A DNA stretch of 62,332 bases, filler included, from Nemertoderma westbladi (GCA_032718475.1; 4 parts of 4 records of this genome joined end to end with filler, not necessarily neighbours in it), one strand, 5' to 3'. Positions 39,295 through 52,862 are shown, counted from the first letter of the whole stretch. A program made the numbers and translations. The notes: generated by a model not told the origin, from the sequence alone.

Positions 39295-40599
39295 GACTAT
39301 GTATACCGTTGAATGTCTACTGCTGTATTACAGTCTGAGCAAGTCTAGTAACTCAGTATTAACTGCTAGCCTAATAATTAATTACCGGTATTGCTACTCA
39401 ATGCAGCGTGGTATATATAATATATTAGAATACCGGTATGCTTATAGTATATATAAGTATTATTACAGACTAGGTTTATCGCAGAGTACCGGTATAATTT
39501 TAGCACAAGTATATATAAATATATAATAGGCCTATCGGGAATACCGGTACACAGCTTACAGTTTATAGTATATATAATTCTGGACTAGAATTAATTACAA
39601 GTACCGGTATAATGTAAGCCTAAAATTTACAGAAATAAAGATAATAGGCCTATCGTAAATACCGGTATATCAATTATTTTAAATAATTGAATTTCTGAAC
39701 TTTAGGGTTACTTGGTTACTTTACTTACTTTATTACTGTTATTTGAGCAGTAATCCAACTGATATTGAGACCTAATGGTTTTATGGTAGGCCTACTATTT
39801 ATAAATCGTTAGATTTGATTTATAATATATATATACCCGTTTTAATGGGTTTTGTCGATGTTTGAAATAAATGTTATTATTTCTGGGGTAATCACTACAC
39901 AAAGCGGTACGCTTTCAGTGAAGTGTTACGTACAGGACACTAAAACAAATGATTCTAATTTACCTAAGTTACTTAATTCTACAAATTACGTACAATTCGG
40001 GTGAGATTACAATCTCTAAATAAACACAAAATTTTACAAAAAACACAAAATACGAATTTTTAGGGTAATTTTACAAGAAGTCTACAAACCAGCCTAACAA
40101 AGGGTTAGAAACTGGTTATTACAACGGACAGGGTACTACGGTATTTGAAATAATAAGTAGTAGTAAATACACTGCGTTGTCCAGATAGGAAAATACCACC
40201 GCCTGACGACCTATAGCCGTATCGCTATAGGTGCTACGTTATGTATCACGGAGTGTTCCTACCTAGAAGTTAATAGAGCTAATCGAATGTGCCTATCAAC
40301 CACTTTACAACACAGATATAATGCCTACACTAATTACTTCGGAAAGTACTGTACACTAAACCCTAAATTAGGTACGAGTACTTGTACAACAAATAATCAG
40401 TAGTTAAATATACTTGAACAGCTAAAAGAACCACGGCATCTGCTGGAGTGACCGATGCACAAAATCACCAGTCTTTACCTACGCCGAGCAGCCCGTGTAG
40501 TACCGGGGTTAATTTAACTATAGCGGTATGTATAACAAACACAATTACTGTATGAACAAACTTGGGGAATGAATGTTGCGGATAATCGCATAAACTCTG

Positions 40600-41170
40600 A
40601 ATAATAAATATTACGCTACGCGTACAAACTACTCAAACAAAATACAGACCGAACACTGACAGACTACTATCAAGCCTAAACAAACTACGGTATATGCAGA
40701 CTCCGAAATGATTAGGGAGTATGCGCTCTAACCCAGTAGTGCGACTTATTCTTTAGTTGGGGGTTTACCTTACAGCGTTCGCTGCCCCTACTTCCTAACC
40801 TTACTTAATCAGACAAATGATCTACACACACTGCAATCCGTTCAGACCTAATAACAGCCGGACAACTATCCAGCCTACAAATTATCTAAATAAAATTATA
40901 CGCTACCCGTACAGACTTACACAAACAAATTACAGACTAAACGATGGCAGACTACTCTCAAGCCTAAATAAACTACAGGACATGCAGACTCCGAAATGAT
41001 TAGGGAGTATGCGCTCTAACCCAGTAGTGCGACTTATTCTTTAGTTGGGGGTTTACCTTACAGCGTTCGCTGCCCCTACTTCCTAACCGTACTTAATCGG
41101 ACAGGTGATCTACACACACTGCAACTCGTTCGGACTTAACAGCAATCAGACAACAGCTCAGCCTACAAAT
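40600..41170. repeat. Two-copy direct repeat, period 288 bp, with an identical 107-bp core
   Basis: 40694-40800 equals 40982-41088; the flanking parts are clearly diverged. Confidence 0.9.
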
Positions 41171-41540
41171 CGTCTGTACAATCTGATCAGGCTTACACGC
41201 CTTCTGTTCAATACTGGCCTACAAACAAATAAAACTTGACAGAAATAAGTAAAAATCTCAATAAAAAACCAGGGCTGCAGTCCCTGATTAATTATTAAGG
41301 CCTACTGGTATATAATAATCAAAATCGAATAATACTGCTGTACCTGTACTGCTGTAGGTACCGGTCCGGGTGGTTAGGTAGTCAGGCCTACTGGTACCGG
41401 TTCTGGCAGTTGGGCCTACTGACCTACAGATGTACCGGTTGACCGGTACTTTCAACTTTATTGCTTACTGCAATAAAGAAGCTATATCCTTTAATGTTCG
41501 CGCTTTCAGACCTTTGGCAGTTTAACCCACCAAATTAAGA

Positions 41541-42719
41541 TGTCTTCTAGATATTAAATCGGTTTTTAGTCTATGACAAGTATTTGATTCACTACACTAG
41601 TCGAAACCAATCTGTGCGCGATCATTCACCCGCTGGATATTCCCGGGAGATTGGGTTCGACGGTTTAATTTTATTGCTATGTAAGCCTAATGTATTATTC
41701 GACTGACAGTATTATATAATCTCTGACAATATTATTCACCTTCGGGAATATTAACAGTTCCTTTAGGACGTGGCGCTTTATCTATATAAACAGAGTTATG
41801 ACTTAAACTACTCACAACGATATGGCTTAATTATAATTCACATATATGGCGCATTCTTTAGGAATTGCTTCTTTAACAGACTCACTCATACACAATGCTG
41901 CACAATACTGCACACTAATCTGCCAATCTTCACTGATTTTAGTCACATATAAAAGGAACACAGACTGACTTATGTAGGGTCTATCAAATAACATGAGATT
42001 CACTTCAAACCACTTTAACATAAGTCACAATCGTTTATCTGTAACCCTTCTCTCTTACCTTCGGTATATCAAGAATATTGGGTTTTGGGGTTATTTATCG
42101 TTATTCCAAATATAATAATTCATCAACCATATTATGAAGAACTGACAGTAAATAGCAGTATAAAACAACAACTGAACACTGATTGTTATGAGTTTGCAAT
42201 GTTTCAGCAGTCAGTATGTATGATCAATTAGCAGCGATTAAAAGCCAGGTGCGTTAAAGGATATATGTCCTTATAATTAAACCTACTAGTGTAAAACTAA
42301 AAACTGAAAACACGGAGGTGCCAAAAGCCGGTTCTTAGGCTCTGGGCAAAAACATAACACTGAACTACTGAGTTTCTGTATATACCTCCAACACAGAGAC
42401 AACAAACGCTCTGATTGGTCAACCTGAACAACGAGAGAACAGAGAAACAAAGAAACGTCGACGTGGCAATATCAGCTGCTAGCCGTCGTCATGGTAGCGA
42501 CACTGTTTTCAAGAGTATCGAGCTTTTACGTCACGGAATTACGGATTATGTCCTCTAAAGTACAAATACAGAAGAAATAGCTTTTATGTCCGCTAAAACA
42601 CCAGTACAGCAAGGACACGGCCTTTTTATGCCTGGTAAACCAACTACAGAGTATTTTACGGGAAAAATAAGGAAAAATAACCGGACAATTCAGCAAAAGC
42701 TTTTACAATAACTGCTACA
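41541..42719 (-). repeat. Putative 5' LTR (TGTAGC...AAGACA, ~1.18 kb) followed by a PBS-like TGGTGGGTTAA
   Basis: On the minus strand: TG start, CCAAT (42411-42420), TATA-like box ~30 bp later, AATAAA near 41671, CA end, then tcttaatt-TGGTGGG. No second LTR is available to confirm. Confidence 0.45.
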
Positions 42720-43729
42720 CAAAGGTAGGGGTGGGCGCTACCGCTACTCCTATCCTAAGATAGGTAATATAATAGTAGAGTAGGCCTACAGTAATATCAA
42801 CTTACTGTAAGTAGGCCTTGGCCCCTACCGGTAATTGCAGATAAACTGTAAGCAATTTTTTACAGTATAAACATGATTTTGTGGGTTGTACATATCTTTG
42901 TAATGTTTAATGTGTTTAATGTTTAATGTTTTAACGTAATTTCGACACAGAGAAGCATGCACAAATACATAATAATAATAGAAAACCTAGTTATTGTATT
43001 ATATAATTGAGTATGAAACGTAAGTGTGCAGTGAAACTCTGTGAAGATGGCAGCTGATCGGGTAGACCCATTATTACAGCCACCAAGTGCACATAGTTTA
43101 ACATTTACATACGATTATATAGAGCTAAGGATAGAAAATGCATATTAATTTACAGATACAAAGCTACATACAGACATACATAGTAACAAGATATTAGCAT
43201 ATATAGTAACATACATTAGCATATATAGTAACATACATTAGCATACATATAAATCCTACAGTAGGCCTAGTAAAGAAATTTAAAAACTACTGTATGGCAC
43301 ACATACTGTACATTAGAAATAGAAAATAGAAAAACTGGATATGAGGATTTTAATCTGTTGGGGGGGGGGGGGGGGGGGGGTTCGGCCCTTAACATGATAT
43401 TGAGGATTGGGAAAGTGAAAGAAAATTTGTAAGCTCTTTTTTGAATGAGAGGAAGCTTGCTTGTACAGTATCTGTCTGTAGGCCTATGTCTGTCTGTGGG
43501 GCGAGCTACGAAGTTCGCGGAAACTTTGCGAACTGACAAGTCAGGGCGATCAATAGAACAAAAGGTGAGATTTTTTATGGAGACTTTCAGTTCAGACATC
43601 ATCAATTCAACACTCTTCCGCTGGATTGACAATTATGACAATTTATATTATAGTATACCGGTACCCAGATTGTACATTTCCTTTGATAAATCTCCTTCCA
43701 GTTACACCTATGGACCCCTTCTAATGAAA

Positions 43730-43899
43730 TTAATCAATGAAATCTTCATCAGGTCCACATCTTCCAGAGGTTCCGGTATCCCACCACACACTATCATTAG
43801 GAAGGTACTCCACTAGATTCCCGTCGTCTAAAACCTTGAGCTGTACTTGGTTGTTTACAGTATCGCAAGTTTTACCATGGGACCATGGTGATCCTCCAC
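43730..43899 (-). CDS. Probable terminal exon encoding a bulb-type (B) lectin subdomain
   Basis: After an AG acceptor it translates GGSPWSHGKTCDTVNNQVQLKVLDDGNLVEYLPNDSVWWDTGTSGRCGPDEDFID-stop. L.V.DDGNLV.Y....VWW.TGT fits the B-lectin repeat. Below the ORF-track length cutoff. Confidence 0.55.
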
Positions 43900-44167
43900 C
43901 TTGGTAAACAACAAGGTTACACGTTCGTGGGGACTTCGCGCAGCACGAGGCCTAGTTATTATATACAAATTAAAATGCAGCGACTGTATCACAAAATCAG
44001 GTTTTGAGAAATTTACCCACACCACCAATCAATCAAAGAAAGGTGGACAGTACGTGTTCACCCCTTTTAATCCCCCCCCCACCCTTCCCAACCACCAATA
44101 CATAACCGCGACATCTACCACCCACGGAAGGGTAGCACGAACTTATTTCCAATCGCACGTTAAATAT

Positions 44168-44455
44168 GCAAAGCCAGGTGGTTTATAGGAATATAATAAA
44201 CGCAGTACTCGTTTTCATTATAAGCCTCTTTGCGTTCGTCCTGTTTTGTATTTAAATATATTTCTTAAACGCAGGCTAGGACGATCTTTATAATAATAAT
44301 AACTAGGGATGCGATCAATATGTGAAGCCAGGTGGTTTATATAATAATTTAGTCAACGCAGTACTCGTCTTCATTATATGCCTCGTTGCGCTCGTCGCTT
44401 GTCCTGTTTTGTCATAAAATATTTTTCCTAAACGCAGACTGACGATCTTTATACA
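44168..44455. repeat. Diverged two-copy direct repeat (~125 bp)
   Basis: aagccaggtggtttata...aacgcagtactcgt...acgatctttata at ~44171 and ~44325. Confidence 0.75.
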
Positions 44456-45179
44456 GTTATAACTATGCGAAGTTTCGAAACTGTGCGAGTAACTGTTGAT
44501 ACATCTATGTGGAGATGTGTGATATGTGGAGATGTGTGATACAACGCCAACGCATCTTATGCCGATGTAGTAATATGGGTATTGAAATAATATTAAATCA
44601 ATGTACACTCTTAAAGCTGCAGCGAAAAAATGTAGCTAATTTCCTAGGTTACATATAAAATAATAATATTATTTTTAAGAACATTAATTTTACTACTTTG
44701 CAAAAATTCAATTAAAAAATAACCAGACATATACATTGTGGAATAAACTATTTCAGATAAGCCTACACAACAGCCATACCATGGATGGTATTTATGTTAT
44801 TATATCTGTCATTTAACTGAGATAGCAATAGTAGTAATAGTCGAACGGTTATGCGGCCCGTCCAGCCTATAATAAACACAATTCAGTGATTGGGCTGGAA
44901 TAGCAATACTATGGTTGCCTCTATTACAATTCCTCTCAGGTTAGTCTACAGCCACAACTCCCAGCAGCTAGCTCCACACCAGCAGAGACTTGACCAATAA
45001 TGGGAAGGATTAAATTTGTACTCAATAATTGTGCGGTTTAATTACGTTTAGATCAATTAAAGACACATTTATTAAAGCAAATCACTTAAACTAATTAAAA
45101 ACTATAATAGAATGGCGTATGGGGATTATATCTGTATAATTTTTAAGTATAATTATTTAAATCTTATACTGTAAAACAA

Positions 45180-45489
45180 TTAATTTCCTTTAAAAGGCAG
45201 GTTGAAAATGGCGTTTTCACCGCAATCAACTTAATTAACTAATTAACTGCTATTATCTTAGCTTCTCGAAGGCCACACGGAAATTCTACTTGGAAAATTT
45301 CTAAACTTTTGCCAAACAACATGTGTACCAAGTTTGGATAGATTTCATCAAAGATTGGCCGAGTTATTAACGTTTAAAATTGAACACGACAGAACGACAG
45401 AACGACAGAACGACAGAACGACAGAACGACAGGTTGATTAATGGTACCACTACGCTAAGGCTCACTCACTTCGTGGCTCGCCCCACAAT
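45180..45489 (+). mobile_element. Non-autonomous Helitron/DINE-like 3' end with (GACAGAAC)n microsatellite
   Basis: tgtgtaccaagtttgg..gattggccgagttat core, microsatellite at 45386-45431, and end gctaaggctcactcacttcgtggctcgccccac. The same end sequence occurs at 8212-8245. Confidence 0.65.
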
Positions 45490-46101
45490 CTCCTTGTAGA
45501 TCGGTTCGGCTATCAGGTCCCTACAACGATAAATATATTGTGGAGGTGTGAGTTTGTGGTTGAGGAATACAGTATATTTTCTGGGTGTTTTGTTTGTCTG
45601 CGTCCATATCACACAAACAAATTCAGTGTATAATTTTGAGGATATGGTTATGCCTCTACTTTAATATAATCTTTAATTTGCTTTGCTTTTGATTTCAAAA
45701 CTAAAAGATAACTAAATTAAGATAATTAGTGTTATTATTAACATAATTAATGAGGACAAAAATTACAAAACATATTGGACTCGAATTTCCTAGTATAGTG
45801 TATTCAAATTTGGCCAAAATATAGCCAAAGTCGGAATAAAATACAATGATATGGGATCACTTTGAATACATTTAGGCCTACAAGGTCATAGAAGATGATT
45901 TTAAGAAAAGGGAATGTGGTTTTACTTTACTGCCCTCCATCCCCCCCACCCCTTATTGCAGTATTTTCTAAAAAATAATTTTTTTTTTCAATGTTATGGA
46001 GTAATTACAGTAATAAATTATTAATAAGAAATCATTGCTATTACTTTATATGTGCAGTCTAAGGAAATAAATCATTACATTCATAATGGATAAACAGGAT
46101 A

Positions 46102-49100
46102 GGGGTCGTTCATAAAGTACAGTATGTCAAGCAAATTTTTCCGAATTTTGACCCCCCCCCCTCCCCCCTCTGTAACAAAGTGTCACACAAAATCGACCGC
46201 CCCCCCTCCCCTCTGTCACATTAGACAATTTGTAATACCCCCCCCCCCCCCCCCCCCCCGCCAAGACAAATAATAGGCCCTATTTTATTGTAATAATACA
46301 CAATGTTTGTTAGGCCTATGCCAAAATACAATATAAATTCATTCACTATATATTGTAGTGGCCTTATTATTAGGGGTCATCGAACCCGAATTGACGGCCT
46401 ACCTAGGTAAATATTATTATTGGAAGTTGAGAGACTGCACTCTCTACATTGGTGACCCGTACTTGCGCGAACGGCTTTCGCATAACGACCGATGGCTAAC
46501 GACCTCAACGTGGTCGCCATCAAGCTGCCCCCGTTTTGGGCAGAAAACCCATCTGTCTGGTTCACGCAGGTGCAGGCGCAGTTCCACCTTCAGAGGATTG
46601 TCAATAACTCCACAAAGTACTACCACGTCGTCGCCTCTCTCGACCAGCTGACTGCTGCTCGCCTCCTCGACACCCTCACCGCTCCGCCTATCAATGGGAA
46701 GTACAAGGGACTGAAGGCAGGCTCCTCGGGAGCGCGCTGCGAGACTCCTCCATATGCGTGGGCTGGGCGACCGCAAGCCGTCCGAACTGATGGACGAGAT
46801 GCTGGGGCTCCTCGCCAGACACACACCGTGTTTGCTGTTCGAGCAACTCTTCCTCGAACAGCTCCCTGAGGACATTCGGCTCTAGATCTTGAATGACTCA
46901 TTCGTGGACCCCCGCGCCCTGGCTGCCACCACTGACGTTCTTTGGTTGGCCAAACGCCAGGGACAATCTCAACTGGCCAGCATTAACAGGATGATGACAA
47001 GCTCGCGTCGCCCCGAGGACTCATCCGCAAACTCCACCAGCACTGCTCGGCCTGACACTGACCACGTGTGTTACTACCACGCCCGGTTCGGTAGAGCTGC
47101 CAAGCAGTGCAAGTCGCCATGCTCCTTCCCAGGAAACGCCCCGACCAGCCGACGGTAGCCGCGGCATCAACTGGTCGATACAAACAGCGGGATAACCTCC
47201 TCTACCTCTGGGACTGGAACTCTGGCCTCCACTTCCTCATCGACACCAGCACCCAGGTGAGCGTGTTCCCCGCCAGCGGATTTGACACCCGTTCTGGACG
47301 TACTGGGCCATAGCTCTGCGCTATCAACGGATCATCGCTTCGTTCCTATGGGACCCGCTCTATCCTACTGCGGTTCAACGACCGGCGGACCCACTGGGAC
47401 TTCGTGATCGCAGACGTCCCTCAACTGTTGCTTGGGGCTGATTTCCTCTGCGACCACGCCCTGATGTTGGACGTGAAAGGGCACCAACTCATCGACATGG
47501 AAACTTTCCAGCCAATCCCCCTCCGTTGCTCCCCCTCCACCATCCCGGGAACCGATCCTCACCTCGCGTCGACCTCCGTGGAACGAGTTTACTCCGACCT
47601 CCTGGCGGAGTTCCCCGCCATCACGATGCCAACCTTCTCGGACTCGTCCACTCGCCACGGAGTGGAGCATTACATCCAGACCACTGGTCCACCTGTCCAT
47701 GCCCGACGACTGCCGCCCGATAAACTCAACATTGCGCGGGAGGATTTCTGCACGATGGAGGCGATGGGGATTATTTACCGTTCGAGTATCCCCTGGTCGT
47801 CTCCCCTCCACATGGCACCCAAACCGAACGGCAGTTGGCTCTCCTGCGGCGACTACCGGCTGCTAAACAACGCGACCACCCCCGATCGTTACCCCGTCCC
47901 ATACATACAGGACTTTTCGGCGTGACTCGCCGGGGCAACGATCTTCTCCAAGGTTGACCTGGTGCGGGGTTACCACCAGATCCCCGAGGACGTTCCAAAG
48001 ACTGCCGTCATGATGGTTTCTGTGTGCTCCGGGCTGGACTTCCTCTACGTGTACCTCGATGATATCGTCATCGCGAGTGCAACCCCCAAGGAACACCTCG
48101 CCCGCGTCTACTCTTCCAGCGGCTCCAAGACTATGGCCTTGTCGTCAACATGGCGAAGTGCGTGTTCGGGGTGAAGGAAATTCAGTTCCTGGGCCATGTC
48201 GTCAAAGCATCCGGCGTCCATCCACTCCCCGATAAGGTAGAAGCCATCTGCTCCTTCCCACGTCCAACCACATCTAAAGGTTTGCGGGAATTTATTTTAC
48301 CACCGATTTATTCCCGCAGCATCCGCCTCCGCTGTTGGTGCGGCCCTAGAGCAGTGGACTGACAGCAAGTGGCGGCCTCTCGCGTTCTTCAGCCGACAAC
48401 TCCGCTCTCCCGAACGGAAGTACAGCGCCTACGACTGAGAACTCCTCGGCCTGTACCTCGCCGTCCGCCACTTCCGTTACCTTCTCGAGGGCCGTCCGTT
48501 TGTGGCCTACACAGACCATAAACCCCTAACTCAGGCCTTCTCAAAGGTCACTGGACCCTGGTCTCCACGTCAACAGCGCCACCTGGCATACATCTCGGAA
48601 TTTACAATGAATGTACGACACGTAGACGGGAAGGACAACCAGGTCTCGTTCACCCTCTCTTGCAGCTTTGTGGGCCATCTGTCGACCCAACTCGGGGTCG
48701 ACTATAAGGCCATGTTGGCCGCCCAATGGGAGGACGACGAACTCCATGCCTTCCAGGCAAACCCTGGTAGCCTCGATCTACGTGATGTCACACTAGCGGA
48801 TGATGACGTCACGCTCCTCTGTGATGTCTCTACGGGCACACCTCGGCCGATCATCCCCAGCACATGGCGCCGCCACATGTTCGATGTGGTCCATTCGCTG
48901 TCCCACCCATCCATCCGCTCCACTAGGAAACTCCTCTCCGAGCGTTTCGTCTATGGCACGGCCTGTCCAAACAGGTGACGAGCTGGGCCAAGGCTTGCGT
49001 CGCCTGCCAGACCTCCAAAGTCCAGCGCCATATAAAGGCCCCCCCTCGAGACATTCTCTGTTCCTCGACACCAGTTCAACCATGTCAACGTCGACCTTGT

Positions 49101-50453
49101 GGGTCCCCTCCCTCCATCCCAGGGCTTCACCTACCTGTTTACGATCGTCGACCTGACTACTCGTTGGCCAGAGGCCATCCCGCTCGCTGACTCCACCACC
49201 GAGAGCTGCGCCTGCGCTCTCATCGGACACTGGATCGCTCGATTCGGCATCCCGGTTGAACTCTCCTCCGACCGCGGCAGTTAGTTCACCTCGGAGTTGT
49301 GGGCCGATGTCAACAGATTCTTCGGCACCAAACTCCACCGGATGACAGCTTACTACCCGCAGGCCAATGGCCTGGTGGAACGGTTCCACCGTTCCCTCAA
49401 TGCCTCCCTTAGAGCCTGACTAACTGGGCCAAACTGGATTGACGAACTGCCCTGGGCCCTTCTGGGCTACCGGACCACCCCCAAAGAGGACCTCCACTGC
49501 TCGTCGGACGAACTGGTCTACGGCAAGCCACTCATTGTACCTGGCAACTTCGTTTCCTCGCCAACCGACCCTCCAAACTCGACAGCTTTCCTCCCGGGCC
49601 TCCACAACCACGCACGGCAGTTCATGCCCACACCAACCTCCCACACCAACCTCCCATCATGGCCAACCCTACTCGTCAGTGCCGTCACAAATAACCACCA
49701 GTGACTATGTCTTCCTACGCACCGATGCTCACCGCGATCCCTTACAGCGGCCCTACACCGGGCCGTACAAGGTCGTACAGCGCGGCTCAAAGACGTTTGT
49801 CATCAAGGTGGGCGGGCGTCAGGAGACCGTCTCCATCGACAGACTCAAACCGGCCCACCTCGCTATCAATGAACCTGTCAATGTGGCCGTCCCACCGCGT
49901 CGTGGTCGACCACCTACAGTGACACCCCCGGACCTCCCTCCCCCCAGTCTCTGCAACTCACCCGACCCACCGCAAACTACCATAGCAACTCGAAGTGGGC
50001 GGGCCATCCGGCAGCCGGACTATTTTTATTAATTCAGGTTCTGGGGGGAGCCATGTAGTGGCCATATATACATTAGGGGTCATCGAACCCGAATTGACGG
50101 CCTACCTAGGTAAATATTATTATTGGAAGTTGAGAGACTGCGCTCTCTACAATATCTACATTTTTCCACGGGCAAGTCAAGTGTTCTTATTCTACAGTAT
50201 ATTAATAACAGTTATTACAGTGTTGGAGTCAATGGCTTCTATGTCCTAGTCAATTTATTGATTATACTCAATGTTATTGAGTTTATTGTTTTAAAGTTAC
50301 CCACTTTTCTACACATGTGTGAAATTCAAAGCTAGTCAAGCTAACATTAAAGCATAGAACATCGCCGTGACCGTCACAAAAGTCGACACCCCCATCCCTC
50401 TGTTACAAAATGTCACGCAAATGCGTGAAATACAGTACTTTATGAACGCACCC
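46102..50453. mobile_element. PIF/Harbinger(Tourist)-like MITE split by the LTR retrotransposon
   Basis: TIRs ggggtcgttcataaagtac (46102) and gtactttatgaacgcaccc (to 50453); subterminal tgtcac/tgtaac motifs on both sides. Confidence 0.65.
46354..50151 (+). mobile_element. Ty3/gypsy LTR retrotransposon, CsRn1-like lineage, both LTRs present, coding region decayed
   Basis: LTRs 46354-46448 and 50054-50151 (TG...CA); TSD ATAT; PBS TGGTGACCC (tRNA-Trp-like); PPT GGGGGGAG. Gag KLPPFW..NP..WF.Q and CYYH-X9-C-X3-C; protease FLIDTS; RT YLDD; RNase H YTDHKPL; integrase H-H-C-C and GPY. Many stops, frameshifts and deletions. Confidence 0.95.
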
Positions 50454-50527
50454 ATAGTGTTAATTCGATACTTGTATTTTGTAGGTACACCCCCCCCCCC
50501 CCCCCCCCCCCCCCACTCCCAAAAGAT

Positions 50528-50718
50528 CCATAGTGTTAGGTTGCCCTTCTTGGGAACTGGCACCAACTTATTTGTTTTCAATTCTTGGGGGACTCTTTGT
50601 ACGTTACATGTATATTATGATAGGGTGGATGAGTTCCAAACATTCTGTTATTTTCAAGACCTCAGTGAGGACACTGTCTACTCCATCGGCATGATTGGTC
50701 TTAATTATCTTTGCAGCC
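50528..50718 (-). mobile_element. Internal fragment of the same RTE LINE family as 8370-11559
   Basis: Encodes KTNKLVPVPKKGNLTL; reverse complement resembles ~10045-10237. Confidence 0.8.
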
Positions 50719-52329
50719 GCCTTGATTTATAAAGGCTTGAATGCAACTGAATAGATTATTCCAATATGGTTTGATTCACTTATCAATTTGTATTCCAGAA
50801 ATGTGATACACAAGTTCATGGCTTGTTCAAGTACATGTTCATGGCTCTTATTAATGACCACCCACTTGTTCTTTGATTCCTTAAAACGATAAATCAATTG
50901 TAGAGGCAGAAAAGAAAGCACTACATTTCTGTGATTCCGTGTCATGATGAACGTAAAGTCATCTGAGATCTCTAGACTAGGCAGCCGAAACAGGTTGATT
51001 TAATGCGACGGCTCAGTCTGGATGATTCTATCTCCTTTACAATTTCCGCTATGAGGATATTAGACATTGTCGGTGACAATAATGATCCCCGTTTCAGTCT
51101 TCTGGTCACAATCATGCCACTTTAAGTATCTATAAGATTGTCGAACTTAAGATTCACCTTGCTACTGAACTGTACTGTACTGCTTGTACTGTACTGTAGT
51201 TGCAGTACTGTAGTTAGTGGATTATTGTAGCAATAATATGGGGATTAACTCATATGGGGAGATAATATAATGGATGATAATATGGGGAGAAACTTCAACC
51301 AAAGGATTCCATAGTCCTCGCTGTCGAACACTGAATGTAGTAAGGTTACGATATGAGAGTCTCCATTAAGGTGAGGCTATCAATTGAAGAATTCTGAAGC
51401 ACTGTAGACCCATTTAAACCTCCACCCCCCCCCCCCCCCCCCCCCCCCCCCATACTGTACATATCAATATTAATCAAATTGTATGCAAATTATAAAAATC
51501 ACCGCTTTAACATCTGTCTGCCAGTTTATGAATTGTTGTTGACATATAAGTATGAGGTTACCATCCAGTTGATGTTCCAACTTGTATTTACCATTTGGTG
51601 ACACCAATGAATTGCCAATGTTTAGAGACTTGGCGGCTTCGAGTACGTTGATAACATCTGTGAGGAATATACACTACAATATATTCGACTATTGTTTAAC
51701 ATATTTCAACGAGTCTTATCAAATGTTATGAGTGATAGGCACCGGTGTTGCATGCACACACCCCCCCCCCCCCCCCCCCCCCCCCTCAAAAAAATTATTT
51801 ATACCGGATAGAAGACAGGGGGGGGGGGGGGGGGCTGGACGCAAAACCCGCCTTGGCGAATTAATATCCCGCCTCAATGTTAAATTCTCAATTTAGGGAA
51901 AGGAGCAGGTTACAGTGGCACGTTATTTTAACCAAAACAATAAACTAAACACAATAGAACAGGTTACAGTTTTATTTTTGAGAGTAATCAGCTGTTATTT
52001 GCGTCCAATTTCCCCTGGAGAGGGATGAATTTTTATTGCGTCCAGTTACCCCCCTATCTGAAAAATTAACAAATATTCATTTACTTGTTTCGAATGATTA
52101 AATATTTTTAGAGAAAATCGATTAGATATGTACTGTACACAGTAGTCAGCTATAAAAACTTACTTACTTACTTATAAAAACAAATAACAATACACCAAAC
52201 TAATACCGTAGGTATTGTACACTGTAGTATGCTTTGCATTGTACTGGTTTTATTAATTATAAAGTTGTAGGATTACCGGTATATTATACTTATACAACTA
52301 AAAACAGTTCAGCTTAAGGGACAATTAAT

Positions 52330-52652
52330 ACCACCTGTATCAACCAGCCTCCGTGAACGCAGATTAAGATTCAGTGGGCAGGGCCACTGCTAGAGAAGTA
52401 AACATGAAGTCATACCACAGTACCAGAACCAGATCTACTTTTGTGGCAACCAACACAAGGAAAGCGTAGCCGTGGACGACCGGATATAGTACATAGACCA
52501 ACTTAAAAGAGATAATTGGACTTGAGATAAACGAAATTCTGACAACTATGGCAGTATGGAGAATCGGGAAGCCTGGAAGGATCTAATTTCGAATTTCCAC
52601 TGTCCGAGCTCGCTCGACCTAGTACTGTACTGCTGTAGTAGTAGTAGTAGTA
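52330..52652 (+). mobile_element. 3' fragment of another RTE-like LINE with (GTA)n tail
   Basis: LRERRLRFSG..., LLLWQPTQGKRSRGRP remnants; tail gtagtagtagtagtagta. Confidence 0.7.
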
Positions 52653-52862
52653 CCGGTACTAAAGACTGTTGTATTGTCTGCTACATATAGAAAAGTCCCC
52701 TATCGAATAAGCGTTGGGACTTAGGAACAAACACCTATACTATAAGCTCGGTAACTAAATTTAACGAAATTTCAGGAATTATATATATTATGAACATTGA
52801 ACATACACTATTCTGCTTTTAAAGAAACCCATTTTTTAATGTAAATCTCACTCGCTGTGCTC

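Noticed and set aside
40694-40800. Spliced-leader RNA gene (AAG|GTAAAC and an AUUUCGG Sm-like site on the minus strand)
   Set aside because: The Sm-like site is weak and lies within a hairpin, and there is no known leader match or larger array. Kept only as a generic structured RNA candidate.
51420-51835. Long poly-C/poly-G tracts (also many elsewhere)
   Set aside because: Common simple repeats with unreliable lengths, mostly associated with MITEs; no specific function supportable.
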